Assembly: GCA_025201805.1 (NCBI GenBank)
Contig: MU619329.1
Span: 42,154-106,153 of the forward strand
Direction of reading: 5' to 3'
Source: Parasitella parasitica NRRL 2501
Taxonomy: Eukaryota > Fungi > Mucoromycota
DNA: 64,000 bases
Every line of letters begins with the position of its first letter. Within the stretch, counting starts at the first letter, position 1. Shown here one piece after another: positions 25,900 through 40,449 of the stretch. The notes under the pieces were generated by a model that was not told the DNA's origin, ran no database searches, and saw nothing but the letters and a program-made list of their open reading frames with translations. The translations under genes and the position numbers were made by a program.

Positions 25900-26330
25900 A
25901 TTGACGACCTAAATTGCTTAATGGCTTCCCATCAGGGTGGTTCTTTGTCAAAGCAGTTTTGAAAATTTTCAATATAATGTTGAGGCGATGTTACAAAATC
26001 TTTCGTACAGTAGCCTCACTGACTCTGGTTTTCAATTCCCGGGCTCAGTATGGACTATAAGCTTCGCAATATTGTCTGAGATATGGATGCATGCAATGTC
26101 CATAGCAACATTGATGTTTCTCAGTTTGGGTAACTAACTCACTTCACCTGACGTTTTCGAAATGAACTTGATGTAAAAAAAAAAATTCCATCACAGCCCC
26201 AAGTTTCTTTGCAAATTCTCCATTGCAGCCCTGCAATTTGATCTTCATTGTTTTTGCAATGATTCGGATATTTAGCTCGAGTTTCAGGTCGAATTTCAAG
26301 CATTTGACCAACTAAATCTTGGCTAACATT
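25900..26330 (-). mobile_element. Degenerate Tc1/IS630-like transposase remnant (HTH region)
   Basis: Broken frames read NIRIIAKTMKI / WRICKETWG and ARELKTRVSEATVRKIL*HRLNIILK. Confidence 0.4.
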
Positions 26331-26701
26331 TTATAGCTAGTGATTACTCAGAGCATTCATTAATGTACTCATGTGTTAACATGTGGTGTTGTTATGTCTA
26401 TTTGATGCGTCAAATTCAATTGATAAAATTATCAAAGATTAAATGTGTGTTTCATTTGGTGTCGAGCATCCTGAAATACTGCATTTGCCATGGCGACGTA
26501 AAATCAATGATGAATGTAGTGGTTACACAATATTAATACCAATAGTGGCTTTTTAGCAACATGTTCAGGTAGGAATACTCTATATAATAATGGTTTAATA
26601 TTTGAAAACCTCATGTAAAATATAATATATAGTCCCAATGCTACGAGTGTTAGCATCGAGACCTTTTGTGAAAAAGCCTACTACCGCATAAAATACTACC
26701 A

Positions 26702-27749
26702 CTAAGTTAAATTGATAGTCGACAAAGACGAATTTGAGGAATAGTCGTACATTTCCTCGTTTTGGTCTTCAATTGCTGACTGATTTGCTTTGCTTGCATT
26801 TTTCAATTTGAGGCTTTGAATCAAATCTCCCCATAACAGCTTGATATCGCAATTTGGACATCTTCCCATCACAGGAAGCAGCTCCAAAGGTGTAGTCCAT
26901 TTCGCTGCCAAACACAATGCATGGCTCTTCATTGTATAACAACCATAGCATTCTACATAGTCAATGGTAGCTTCCTACAAGAAAAGGTTAATGTTGGGCT
27001 GAAATCCAAGATAATGCTGCCCATTTACATCCAATAAAGTTGTATCACACAGAAAGCAAGTCTGATTCACAGCGCCTGAACGCCTTGTTAGCCCGAATCT
27101 TGTCAAGATATTGCTATCTACATAGTTATAGACTTCACTGTCAAATACGAGAAGACATAGCATATTTTGAACACCAACAACAAACCATTCTCCTTTATAT
27201 CTCTGAGCAAATCCTCAACTGAACCAAGAGAAGAAGTAATTTGTGGTGGTAATGATGCGTTTTCTAGAAACAGCAACTGCATATTTGGTTCAAGAAAGCG
27301 GATTTTGAGAGGTAGCAGTGAAAAAGGCTTTGTTTTAAAAAGTATCTGCGCTGCCCACATCTTTGTAAGCATCAAATTAGATCCTTTAATGTTCTCCTGC
27401 AATCGAGATTTCAGTTCATTTGCAAGGGCTTTTGTGTGTCGGCTAACAAGAGGCTTTTGCCATGCACACTCAAATTGAAGCGCATGTATCTTGGAAGGAA
27501 AGCCATAAACAATCATGACATATTCCCTGATTAGATTGTTTTGAGTACAGGCAATTACAGCTGACTGATCAATAAATACTACCATGGTCTATGTTTTCTT
27601 GTGCGATAGGCACCTTGCGTAAGCTCTCCATTGTGCTGTCTCAAACGTCGAATTGGATTCGGCGTTGATCCCACATACACTTTGTTCTTTTGGCCTTCTT
27701 TTAGAGAGCGAATCAAATAGCAGCTATAGAACGAGCAGTATGCTGACAT
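26702..27749 (-). CDS. SLX1: Structure-specific endonuclease Slx1 (GIY-YIG + RING/PHD-like)
   Basis: [42 protein letters not shown]; C-terminal HALCLA...GRCPNC...WGDLI. Confidence 0.93.
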
Positions 27750-27923
27750 GCTGTGCAAAACCAAAAAAGACATGCGCAATGAAGCTCTTCGAAGCTTTTT
27801 TTCCCTATAGAAATGCGGACCCCTAAACACGCCTGACCAGCAACTCCATTTGATGATCACATACATCTCTCTCTTTTTTGTTTCTCTTTCTCTTTCTTTC
27901 TATTTTCCATTTGAAACTTAAAA

Positions 27924-29479
<1,556 letters not shown>

Positions 29480-29660
29480 GTTGGGTTTTTTTTCCCCTCT
29501 CATTTGAATGTATAAATAAACCCCTCTAATCATAAAATTCGATGCCACAAAAACCCATGAAAAGACAGTACTTGCGGGGTAGAACAAGAGCATTACCTCA
29601 AATCCCTGTCATCATTTTTCTCGCACTTGACTCTTTTGTCTAAACATTTGTTATCACTAA

Positions 29661-30244
29661 ATGTCATTTCTTACAAGACTCTCTGGTTCTATTAGACCTA
29701 TTTCATTAACTGCTCCAAGATACTACACTAGCGGCGCAGTGTCTGCAGGTAAATCTACACCGCATGCAGTAGATTTTCTCGACTAATTTGACCAGAGTCT
29801 CTTATTACTCGACTCAAAAATGATCGCAAAACCTTCATGAAGGAAAAAAAACAACCCGACTTGAACGTTGTCAAGGGACTCTTGAGCGATTTCACCTATT
29901 ATACTAAAAGCGCTGACTTTGTGGAAGGCTCTTCGGAAGAGGATGCTTGCATGTCAGTGTTACAAAAAGCTATCAAACGTCGCCAAGACTCGGTAAGTCA
30001 GTATGAAGCTGGTGGAAGACCTGAATTGGCTGAAAAGGAGCGCGTGGAACTCAAGATGCTTCAAAGTTACCTGCCAGAACAAATGTCTCCAGAACTCATT
30101 GAGAAAGAGCTTAAAGACATCATTAAGGAAGTTGGTGCCACCACATCCAGAGATATGGGCAAAGTCATGAAGGCTTGGAAACATGATTCCACTATTGCTG
30201 ATCGCAAGCTTGTTAGTGAGATTGTAAAGAAACTGTTAAATTAA
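29661..30244 (+). CDS. Mitochondrial YqeY/Aim41-like protein
   Basis: Presequence exon, then KRRQDSVSQYEAGGRPELAEKE...YLPEQMS...DMGKVM. Confidence 0.88.
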
Positions 30245-31078
30245 ATTTTGTATTGGTAGATAAAAAGACACTGCTTATGCATAGTTTTTAATTACATTAA
30301 AGCACATTGCGTGAAAATCGTTTATTATATTGCTCTGTGTTTTCTCGTCTCTACTGCTACTAAGGACTGTAGATAATATTCAACAGCTTTGAAAGAATTA
30401 CACAATTGCTTCAGTGATCCCAAGCGTATTTTAGCTTAGTAGTTGCATTGAAACCTTGGTGCAGTTTTTGCATTATGATTCTTGGCGTAGTAGGGAAACT
30501 CGGAAAGTGTCCTACTTCAGCTGATAAATGCTTCTTTGGATGGAAACACAGAGTCATACAAGCAAAGTCTTGTTTTTATTGTGGGGAAAGCATATCTTTC
30601 TGCCAGGATATATGTTTGGGCGTTCAAATGCTATATAAAAAGAGAGGCCAATTTGTTGCATATGATGAGAAATGCATGTACTATGGTTTATATAAAGCTT
30701 TTTGACGTTCTGCTTGCGCTGAGAACTCCGGAAATTCGCACATGAGATTCGCTAAAAGGGTTCAAGCTGACCAGATGTTTATAGTTGATTCGCCAAGGAG
30801 AGTAAGTTGGTAAGATAGCTATATACGCAGCAGGCACATCTTAACAAGCATGTATTATACCAAGACATGTATACGGCTACCCATCCAATTTTTTGTGTTT
30901 GCTCAATCAATTCTGCATTGACAAGCCTTCGTAGCCAGTTGCTTTTTGAAGGCCAAGATATTGCATGTGTGCCATTGGTTCCTTTCTCAGCATTGACCTG
31001 CCAAGGATTTATTTATTTAAGCATTAAAATCACTTGGCTGCTTTTTGCTTCTTCTTTTTTTTCTTTAACTTACACAAG

Positions 31079-33777
31079 ATGGGTGGAGGAACCTTCTATA
31101 ACCATGATGCTATCAACTCTCTGAATAACCATATACCATCGCCGCAAGCACAGCGACAACAAATACTAGACAGGCAGGAACATACAAGACAACAGTATAT
31201 TAACAGAGTAAGTTGCTCCCAACACAATTGAACGAAGGCCTATATAAATGAAACTGAGATGCACACATGTAGCCAACCTACAATCCGTCTCTCAATCATC
31301 TACCAAGCTCTGTAGCTTCTGTTTATCCAAGCTATGATCCCTCTGACTTCCATCTGGACCCAGTGCCACTGATTGCGCCTGAATTACCACCCAGGCCAGC
31401 TGCTTATAGGCAAACGACATTTTCTGAACCGTCAACAACACGACACACCTCAGAGCACAACCAGACACCAAGTGTACAGCCTTTCACACCAAGTGTACAA
31501 CCTTTCACACCAAGCAATAGCAATAAGGTTCGACTGATATATACGAAATCTGGGTTTTATCTTAAATCAACCAACCCAATGGAAGATCATCGCATTCATG
31601 GATTTCTGACGATACTCTCGAAATCAATAGAGAATGTGGATATTTTAATTGCATGGATCCCAGAGTATTTGATTGAGCCACACGATATTGCAAATTTCAT
31701 TGATTTGGACGGTGTCTTGGCCTCTGACCAAGGATTTCCGAGCATTGATTTGAACTTTGGACAAGCAGAAACCATGACTATTTCACTGAAAAGCGTTTAC
31801 TCGTTTTATGTATGCCCACCTTCGCCAGCAACTCAAGGATCCATCGTCATTACCTCTATTGTAGGAGATGTATTGAAGCCTTTATGGTATTATGCTTCGG
31901 AACAAGCTGGCCCTAGCTATCAACTGGAGTCAGCCACATGGCCTGGTTATGATATCATCGATATATTGAGCGCCTTTCACCCTTTAAAGAGGTATAAATA
32001 TATATATATATATACAGTTCAAAATCGCTTATACAATATGTACATCTCGATTAACTGAGTTTTTGTAGCTCAAGGGATATGCAGCATGTTCACTTGGTTG
32101 AAAGCGACACAACCCCATTTACCTCGCCAGCTTTGACAGCTTCATCAGCTGCGACAACAAATGCTCTCCCTGAAAACGGTTTTTCAGCACCAGCTTTTCA
32201 GCAGCAAAATGAGCCGTCTTCGTCCTCATCAGATCCTATTGTGAAAACTCTGCGTGATGCTCGTTGGACACTACTTGAGAGACTATCAAGGATCACACAG
32301 TACTCAAAAGATACAGCCGTACAGGTGCTTGAACATCCAATGGCACGGCCCATCTTGCCATTACTTCCACCTTCGGTACAAGCACTCGGTAGAAACCGTG
32401 CAGTACAAAACACACTTCGTGAATACCAGATGGCATCACAATACCTCGTTAATTGGGGAACAGACAGCACAGATTATCACTATCTCGCTGACGACGTGGA
32501 CGGACTTTTACACGGGATGCCTGAACTGTGCGGCCCAACGCCAATCCACACGCGAAGAGAGCCAGTTTCGCCTGAAGAATGGGTCCTGTTCTTTGACAAC
32601 GAAGGAAAACTGTGTGTTCCTGTGGAGCACATTCGACAGCTTGTGTTTAGAGGGGGTTTAGACGCTGATATCCGCATTGAAGCTTGGAAATTCCTTTTGG
32701 GCATTTACCCTTGGGACTCGACATTCAACGACCGTGAGGCAATGCGTCGCAGCCGTGCAGAAGCGTATTACCGCATCAAAGCAAATTGGTTTGATCATCC
32801 AGAGATTCGCAACACAAAGCACTTTCAAGACGAAAAGCATCGTATTGATAAAGATGTTCACCGTACAGATCGATCTCAAGAAGCCTTTGTCGGTGAGGAT
32901 TTGCCAAATCCTGATCCTCTCATGGCTGTTGGAACAAACACTAATTTGGAAATCATGAAGGATATTCTAGTTACTTACAATTTCCATAACTCTGAATTGG
33001 GCTATGTTCAAGGTATGTCTGATTTGCTGGCTCCTCTGTTTGTGGCTATGGGCGATGAAGCTTTGGCGTTTTGGGCCTTTACGGCCTTTATGGATCGTGT
33101 GCAGTCGAATTTCTTTATGGATCAGTCAGGAATGCATGGACAACTCAAGACGCTGGACTCGCTTATTCATTTTATGGATCCTGGATTGCACAAGCGTTTG
33201 GAGGAAACAGAGACATCCAACCTCTTCTTTTGCTTCAGGTGGCTGTTGGTATGGTTCAAGAGAGAGTTCGAATGGGAACAAGTGATTCACTTATGGGAGG
33301 TTTTGTGGACAGATCATTTGTCTGACAAGATGATTTTGTTTATCGCGCTTGCCGTAATTGATTCCCATAGAAAGACCATTCTGGAAGATTTGAACCAGTT
33401 TGATGAGATATTAAAGGTACTTGAATGCGCGAAAAAAAAAAGGCAGTTTTCACTGACATCCTGTATGCATTTCTTTTTAATAGTATATTAACGACTTGAC
33501 GGGTAACATTCCACTGGAGCCTACTTTAGAAAGAGCAGAAGTGCTGTTTTATCAATTTGAACGTAAAGTAAGGGCTATGCAACACAAGAAATCAATGCTG
33601 CGAGAGCAACTAGAGATCCGATCAGTGTGGAATAGTAATGAAAGACCTAAAATACAAGAACGCATAGAAAAACTTGAAATACCCGCGAACCTATTGACTT
33701 TACTGCCACCTCTTACTTCTGAATCCCCTCCAAGGACCCCTACACCAAGTTACACTTCGGACAAGAAGAGTAGATAG
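31079..33777 (+). CDS. GYP7: Rab GTPase-activating protein Gyp7/TBC1D15
   Basis: TBC motifs IDKDVHRTDR, GYVQGMSDLLAP and FCFRWLLVWFKREF; N-terminal VRLIYTKSG. Confidence 0.92.
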
Positions 33778-34111
33778 TGTTGGCCGCATATAAATAAAGT
33801 ACCATATAGTTTTTAATCTTTCAAGGCTTTCTTGCCTGCTTGTTATCGCACATTGCAGATGCGTGATATGGAGAAGGAGGTACCGGTACCTACGAGCTTT
33901 AAAGGTGGCAGTGCAATGGAGCACATGTGGCGAGATTGCAAACGAATAAATCCAATGATGAGGGCTTATTGGCTTACCAAAACCATCGCATACATGTATC
34001 ACAATCAAAACATTTACATCTATTTGTATGCATATGATTAGAATAAACATTTATATATTTTATTTGATGGGGAGAAGTTTAATGTATACTTCTTTTTTTC
34101 TTTTTCTTTTT

Positions 34112-35756
34112 TTAAAAATTAGTTGGGATTTGAACAGGAGGATGCGACGCCCAGGAAGCCCAAAATGCTTCACGACAGTACAAGATGCCAAGCAGAGGAG
34201 GGCCAATTAACATACACAACCAAAAGAAAGAGTTGCCCAGCCAAAAACGGTTTCTAAATAAGGGCATTCTTCCGATGACAATCATGGGCAGCTGCAGCAT
34301 TTGAATGATAAACATATACAGTCTAATTTTATGGGTCACAATGATCAAAACCAGTTCGTGGAAAATGGATGACAACAAAAATGTAACAAAAGTAGCATTA
34401 GTCTTTGAAAGCCTGTAGGATTCGATAGATTGAGCATAGACGTGTCTTAGTAGCCAATGATGCACTGGCTTATTCCATTTCCTGGCAAACTCGTCATATG
34501 TGATACTGTTCCACCAGTCATCATAAAAGTTACGATCGGCAAATCTATACATGAAACGATTGAAAATTTTAACAAACAAACACTTTTTTTTTGTGTGTGT
34601 GTTTTACCTGCTTAATTCTGCAAATGCATTCAAAATACATTCAAAAATAATGTAGAAAATGAACAGGTAGTTGATCATGAATGGAAACAGCAGTTCAAGG
34701 ATAACACGAGGCTCTGACATGTTGGGATCGTAGAGCTTAGGCAAGATCCAGCGTTCCGTTGTAACATACAACATCAAGAATGAGCCAAGTGTCGCAGTTG
34801 TCTTTTCAAACACATACCAAATGCGAATCCTAATATGGATGGCCACACCACACACACACACACACACACACGCACGCACATTAAAATAACTGTTTTGCAA
34901 TAATGATTCATCCTTACTTTTCTGTTCTGGGGTATTCCATCCAGTACACCAGACTAGGCACCAGCAAATAATCCAGAAAGTTTGCTACGGTGACATTATC
35001 GGGATATCGAGTGTTTCCGTGCACCAATTCCCCTTCAAGAAATGCAATTTCTGACTCCATGTGCTCGATCGTCTCTGATTTTTGTCCATCGGCATTCGAA
35101 GCAATCATCTTGGGTAAATCTGCCTTGAGCTGCTTCAAACGTCTTAGTTTGAGAGAGAGATCGCCGTTTAATGCGGTATATGAGTGCGTTTTCATCATCA
35201 TGACAATAGTGTGCATAGTGAAGAATCCAGACTGTACCCAAGGCCAGTTTCTCCAAAATGTCCAGTAAATGTTGACAAACAAGAACAATGCTTGGCAAGA
35301 ATGCTGGACGATCACTCCAAACGTGTCATAAGGTAAAAAACCCCAGATCAGCAGTTTGGAAAACAAGACGCTGAATAAAGTCATCGACACCATGGTCAAA
35401 TCCGATATCAATAGCGCCAGGCCGTCTTCAGAAATCAGCCGAAAAAAGCCCAAACTCAACAAAATACCCTCCTGCTCGTAGCATCTCACCACAGACTGAA
35501 CCACGTACAAACCCATAGCAATCCAAAACAGAGTGTAAAAGCCACGAAAGGCGCCGTTTGAGCTGTCCGTGTTTGATAGATCAAATTGAGTCAACCTTGC
35601 TTTGAAGTGGAGTGGCCGTTGCTTGGCCAGCTTGAACTGAAGATGCGATATGTTTGTGTTGACAACAGGCGGCGACGATGATTTGCTGCTTTTCGGGTCA
35701 TCTGTTATCAGAACTGGCGCTGTTGCTGTTCTGGTTATGGGAGGCTGTTGTGTCAT
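34112..35756 (-). CDS. Sterol O-acyltransferase (ACAT, Are1/Are2-like MBOAT)
   Basis: MKTHSY, PSLVYWMEYPRT, FADRNFYDDWWNS, WNKPVHHWL and SSIFHE. Confidence 0.92.
34845..34879. repeat. (CA)n microsatellite in ACAT intron
   Basis: Directly visible. Confidence 0.9.
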
Positions 35757-36376
35757 TTTGGTGATAGAAAAAAGAGAGAGAGAGAAAAAAAAAAAAAAAA
35801 AAAAACGGAAAACAGGAGAAGAAGAAAATGTTTGGATCTTTAAAATGACACACAAAAGGAGTTGAAGCTAAAATATACGTAGCATCTCACAATCATTTGG
35901 CATAGTCAATTCATGCAAAAGCTTGACCGAGTGGGAGATATTTTGAAATGGTGCTTGCACCACGGATGTCTATTTGGCAGGTTTCTATACCATAGGTGGC
36001 TCACGCATGTGAGGATTTTCTTTTCGCATTGGCATGCTGTTTTCATCGTAACTGAGTCGTTTCTAGTGGAAATGGCCATTGTGCATAAGGCATCTCAGAC
36101 AATGCGGTAGTATACCATTCATTGTGAAGGGATTAAAAGCGTGAAAAGAGCGTTTATTACAGCGAATAAAGCCTCCCCTGTCAAGTTTATACAAACGTCT
36201 AACGTACAATGAGCCGATCAGCATTACGATGCTAAAAAGAATGAGCCACTACATTGACATCACTAGTACTAAAGATATCCATTAGCACTGCATAAAGAAG
36301 ACAAAGAATCGTACATATGTGTATAAAAGCATGTCATTTTTTTTTTCGTATAAATCATTTAAAATCAATAAAATCA

Positions 36377-36829
36377 ATGCCTGAATCGAATCAATGCCTG
36401 AATCAAGTCAATGGAACAAAGCTCCCTACAGAAGTGCTACTGAATATATTTAATCTAATCCAAGATATTACCTTGGATCGGACGGAGGTAATGCACAGCC
36501 TTTGTCAAAGCCAGATTGTATGCAAGCGTTGGTATATAGCAGCGCAAAGTGTACTTTACAAGAATGTATACTTGACATCAAGAAATGTCGCTCATTTCAC
36601 GTCTTGTATCGAAGCCATGGCAAAGTATAATAGTCCTACGCTTGTTCTCATCAAAAATGTAGATTTCTATCCAGAAATTGATACTCTTGGTCCTACGTGG
36701 GTGAATATTATGTTCCCACCCAAAGAAGTAAAAAAAAACCGATGTGTCGTATCAAAGTATTGTCCAAACAGCAATGTCAGAAGAGTCTATGATGAAATAA
36801 CAGATGAAATCATAATTAATGGTACGTAG
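36377..36829 (+). CDS. Short F-box-like protein, possibly truncated
   Basis: KLPTEVLLNIF...LCQSQIVCKRWYIAAQSVLYKNV. Confidence 0.7.
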   Translation: MPESNQCLNQVNGTKLPTEVLLNIFNLIQDITLDRTEVMHSLCQSQIVCKRWYIAAQSVLYKNVYLTSRNVAHFTSCIEAMAKYNSPTLVLIKNVDFYPEIDTLGPTWVNIMFPPKEVKKNRCVVSKYCPNSNVRRVYDEITDEIIINGT

Positions 36830-36999
36830 CCAAGTACTATTTCAAAATTAATCCAAAATCAAGACAATACGTCAAATGTCAGTGTTACAGTTGGATTTTT
36901 ATTTTGGTTTTATATATATATTTATATAATAGTACATTGTTTATGATGTGATGCCTTAATTTTTGGATTGAACATGGATGGCAGAGTTTGTTTTTGAAG

Positions 37000-37368
37000 T
37001 TACATGCCAGTGTTTCTCAAATCTTCAAGTCTCTTGACAATAAACATGCTAGTGTCAAGGAAACGATCGACGCAGTTTGCTAAACAGGCTTCTTCGCTAC
37101 GATCCAACTTGTTGTTGACCTTGGATATACACTTGTCCTGATAAAATTTCCCATTTATCAATACAAGATTGGTTCAAAATACCCTTTTGCTACTCACCCA
37201 ACAGTTATCGGTTAGTGAATGAACAGTTTGTTGAACGCGAGCCTTGGCTTGTTCAGCTTCAAGGAACTTGATAGTACAAAGTCAACAATGTGTATCTTGT
37301 GCTTTCAAATCACAACTTACTTGACCGAGTTCACGCTGGTCGTTTTCTGAGAATTGAGGTTGAGACAT
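37000..37368 (-). CDS. TIM8: Mitochondrial small Tim chaperone Tim8
   Basis: Three exons: MSQPQFSENDQRELGQ/FLEAEQAKARVQQTVHSLTDNCW/DKCISKVNNKLDRSEEACLANCVDRFLDT (twin CX3C). Not in the ORF track. Confidence 0.92.
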
Positions 37369-37558
37369 TTGTATAAAAGGAATCAAAGAAGAGGTAGAAG
37401 AAAGGAAAAACCCGATAACCTTTTGTGTAGGGTCCCCCTCACTCCCACCACTCTTTTTTACTCGGCGAAATAAGACTTATAGAATCAACAGTGGCTTATG
37501 TATTGAGCTCAAACTGTTGCATTGGGAAATACTAATAGCGTTCTTTTTTCATTGCAAA

Positions 37559-37977
37559 ATGTCGCCTCACCCTACACCTCAAACCCATCCTATTCCAACA
37601 GAAGAAGCTCAGGAACGTCTTAAACGTCGCTTGCAGACACCTAAAGCCATGGCTCCTGCTCCAAGGCAGCGACAAATCCAAGTTTTATCATGGGCTGCAT
37701 CTATCGGTAACAAAAAAAAATAAACATGCTCACCCAAATATATATAACCCTCAACCTCAATTAGGCTTGAGTGCTTATGTTGTGTTGTTTGCAGACTTTG
37801 GCACTGAAAAAAATTGCTACACTCCAGTAATGTTTAGGGAAATGCCAATGCAAATGTTGGTTGTTTATTCATCTGGTTTTTATTTAGATCCGTGAATGGT
37901 TTCAAGAGAAAAGAAAGGAATTTTGGTCTTTAAGCGAGCAGGAAAAGCAGGACTTGAAAGATCAAGGAAAACTCTAG
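37559..37977 (+). CDS. Small single-transmembrane protein of unknown function, about 99 aa
   Basis: Three exons with in-frame GT-AG introns: ...QIQVLSWAASIGLSAYVVLFADFGTEKNCYTPIREWF...KL*. Confidence 0.75.
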
Positions 37978-38384
37978 ATATATAATTAGTAACTGTATAT
38001 TTATGAATAAATGTGATTGTATAGCCTTTCCATCTTCAATTGGCATTTTTGTTGAACTGATTTTATCATTTCTTTCAAATTCAAGTAATCGAAATTTTAT
38101 TTGAAGCTGGCTGTAATGATAGAATCAAATGGCATAAGTTGGTCCAGCCTTTTGTTTCTGCAGTTGACAGAATGCCGAATGAAATTAAGAGAGCAACTTC
38201 TGCTGTTAAAGTCAAAGTTGAAGCGCCCCCACTTGATAACAATAACCATAGTTGCTTTATATAGGACTAATTACTGGTAAGTAAAGAAGGTGTACGGGAG
38301 TGTAGATTCGCTTGGTAATCCATAAGAGTCAATCACCTCAGAAACGTGAATGAGAGTGTTATTCATGACTACATGAAACTTTTG

Positions 38385-39040
38385 AATAGAACTTTTTGAT
38401 AGAAACATCGCCAGTAGAATCAAGCTATGCTCAGATAGCGATGATCATGCCTGTTTTGATGGTGAGAGTTATTTCGATATGAATAACGATTAATAATTGC
38501 TTAATCTTATGCCTTTCTGGTACAAAATTAATTGAAAAAGGAAGCCAGCAGGATTCTGGCCCTGGTTTCTAAAAGTCTTGATACAATTCCATTTGAATGT
38601 CAGTGTCAATGTTGAAATTGAGACGATATTCAACCTGCAATTAATAGGCAAAAATTGACAGATGAAGCGCAAAACAGGTCTTTACCGCAGCCTACTATCA
38701 ACGATTATATATGCAATTTTGATATGTAAATTTGTGATATCATTTCATAGCTTTATAGAAATCGATGAAAGCATGGATACCAATGTTGCTGTCAGATATA
38801 GTGCCAAGTCAATGCTAAGTTTTCCAAGTTAGATCTCGGTTCCATGGTCATTTTAGCACAAGTTATGAGCAAATATATAATATTTATGATAAATGTTGAA
38901 AAATAAAACTGTTTTTGCAGATAACTTTTGATAATGACATTGCCCAGTGGTAACCGAGTTATGCTCAGATAGCGATGGTCATGCCGCATAAAATAGGCTT
39001 GATTTCTTTGGTTCTTTTTCATAGTAGCCTATCAGCGCTT
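38385..39040. repeat. Dispersed repeat family B, copies at about 38385-38460 and 38805-39040
   Basis: Matches 4801-5050 by eye. Confidence 0.82.
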
Positions 39041-39106
39041 ATATTCAATTTTAAGCATTTCTCACTACATATTTCATCATATCTTATCGTATTTTGATCC
39101 TAATAA

Positions 39107-39402
39107 TTGATTTATCGAGATGAGAAATCATTCAAATAAAATAATTGTGAATAAATCAGGTAAAAATCTCATTTATCACATGGAAAATATGATGGTTTAT
39201 ATCATAAGTGAAGTTAACTGATGAGGAGATGCGATGTAGTTAGTGTGAAAAATGGTGTGATTTAGAGAAGATGACGACAATGATTGTATACCTATTATTC
39301 ATGAACATGTCCTGTTGACATAAACATGGAACATGATCCATTGGGATATGTTCCTGGATTGTGTTCAGGATTGAGTTATTTGAGTTTGGTAAATTGACAT
39401 CA
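39107..39402. repeat. Dispersed repeat family A, copy 2
   Basis: Matches 3392-3700. Confidence 0.85.
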
Positions 39403-40449
39403 AAAAAATTTTTACAAGGGCAAGCTCAAGTCGACCATTGCATCAAAGTGCCATCTTAACACTTTTGTAAAACAAATACCATTTATCTGTACTCAAGATG
39501 TTCCGCTTATAAAGATGCCAATCATATAAGTTGGAGACATGCTGCGTTTATGAATACGACTAGGCGAGAGAAATATTCTTTCTGTTGGATTTCAGAATCG
39601 TTGTAAATACACCCGACATAGCAAAACAAAAAGAACATGTGTCCTCCTTTTATCTACGATTAATGTAAGGTAACGGACAAGACAACTAATGTTTTACATT
39701 ATTTAACAATACATTCTATTCGTAGGATATGTTGAATGATCTTCGTAGAGTTTATTATGGTAACAATTCCAGTGATAAAAAGGGTGTTGAAAATATCTTG
39801 GCTCAAGTCGCTCAAATCGATGAGACCGATGAAGAAGACAAAGATGATGAGTAGTTCTTTCATTTACTTATATGTAAACACTGACAAATGCATAAAAAGA
39901 CGCATACATATACAGACAAAAAAAGATCTTTATTCTAACACATAAATGCAATAAACAGTAATTTAAATGATAATCGTACAAGACTTTGTAATGTGCAATG
40001 ATGTACTGATCAAGGCTTTTTTAGTATCCATCAGTAAAACACAATACCAAACTAAAAAAGTTATACATGTGGAAAATGTTGTTTTGTGCAATGCTTTTTA
40101 AAAAAGTATATGGGAGCTTATCAAAGGATAGTTATTGCACAAAATTCCTTGATTTTAACGGGATTTCATTAGGGTATACAAAAAATAACGAAGAGAAAAC
40201 ACAATTGTTCAACTTGGATCTCAAATGCAGTAGCAAAAAGTCAAAACAATGCATATTTTGAAGGCATTGCACTCGAGTTCTCAACTGCCCTGTCCCAGAT
40301 ACCGACTACTATTACAACTGTAACCGCATCATTCAAGCCCCACTGTGACTAGTAGGACGAGTATCAGAACCGGGGTAAAATAAGGGCCTGGATTTTCTCT
40401 CTTGACACATCTGCTTTGCGCTCTCTTTCATTTCTTTTTCACTGCAAAA

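Noticed and set aside
26702-27749. GIY-YIG nuclease as a homing endonuclease or mobile element
   Set aside because: Has the Slx1-specific motifs, C-terminal zinc domain and introns.
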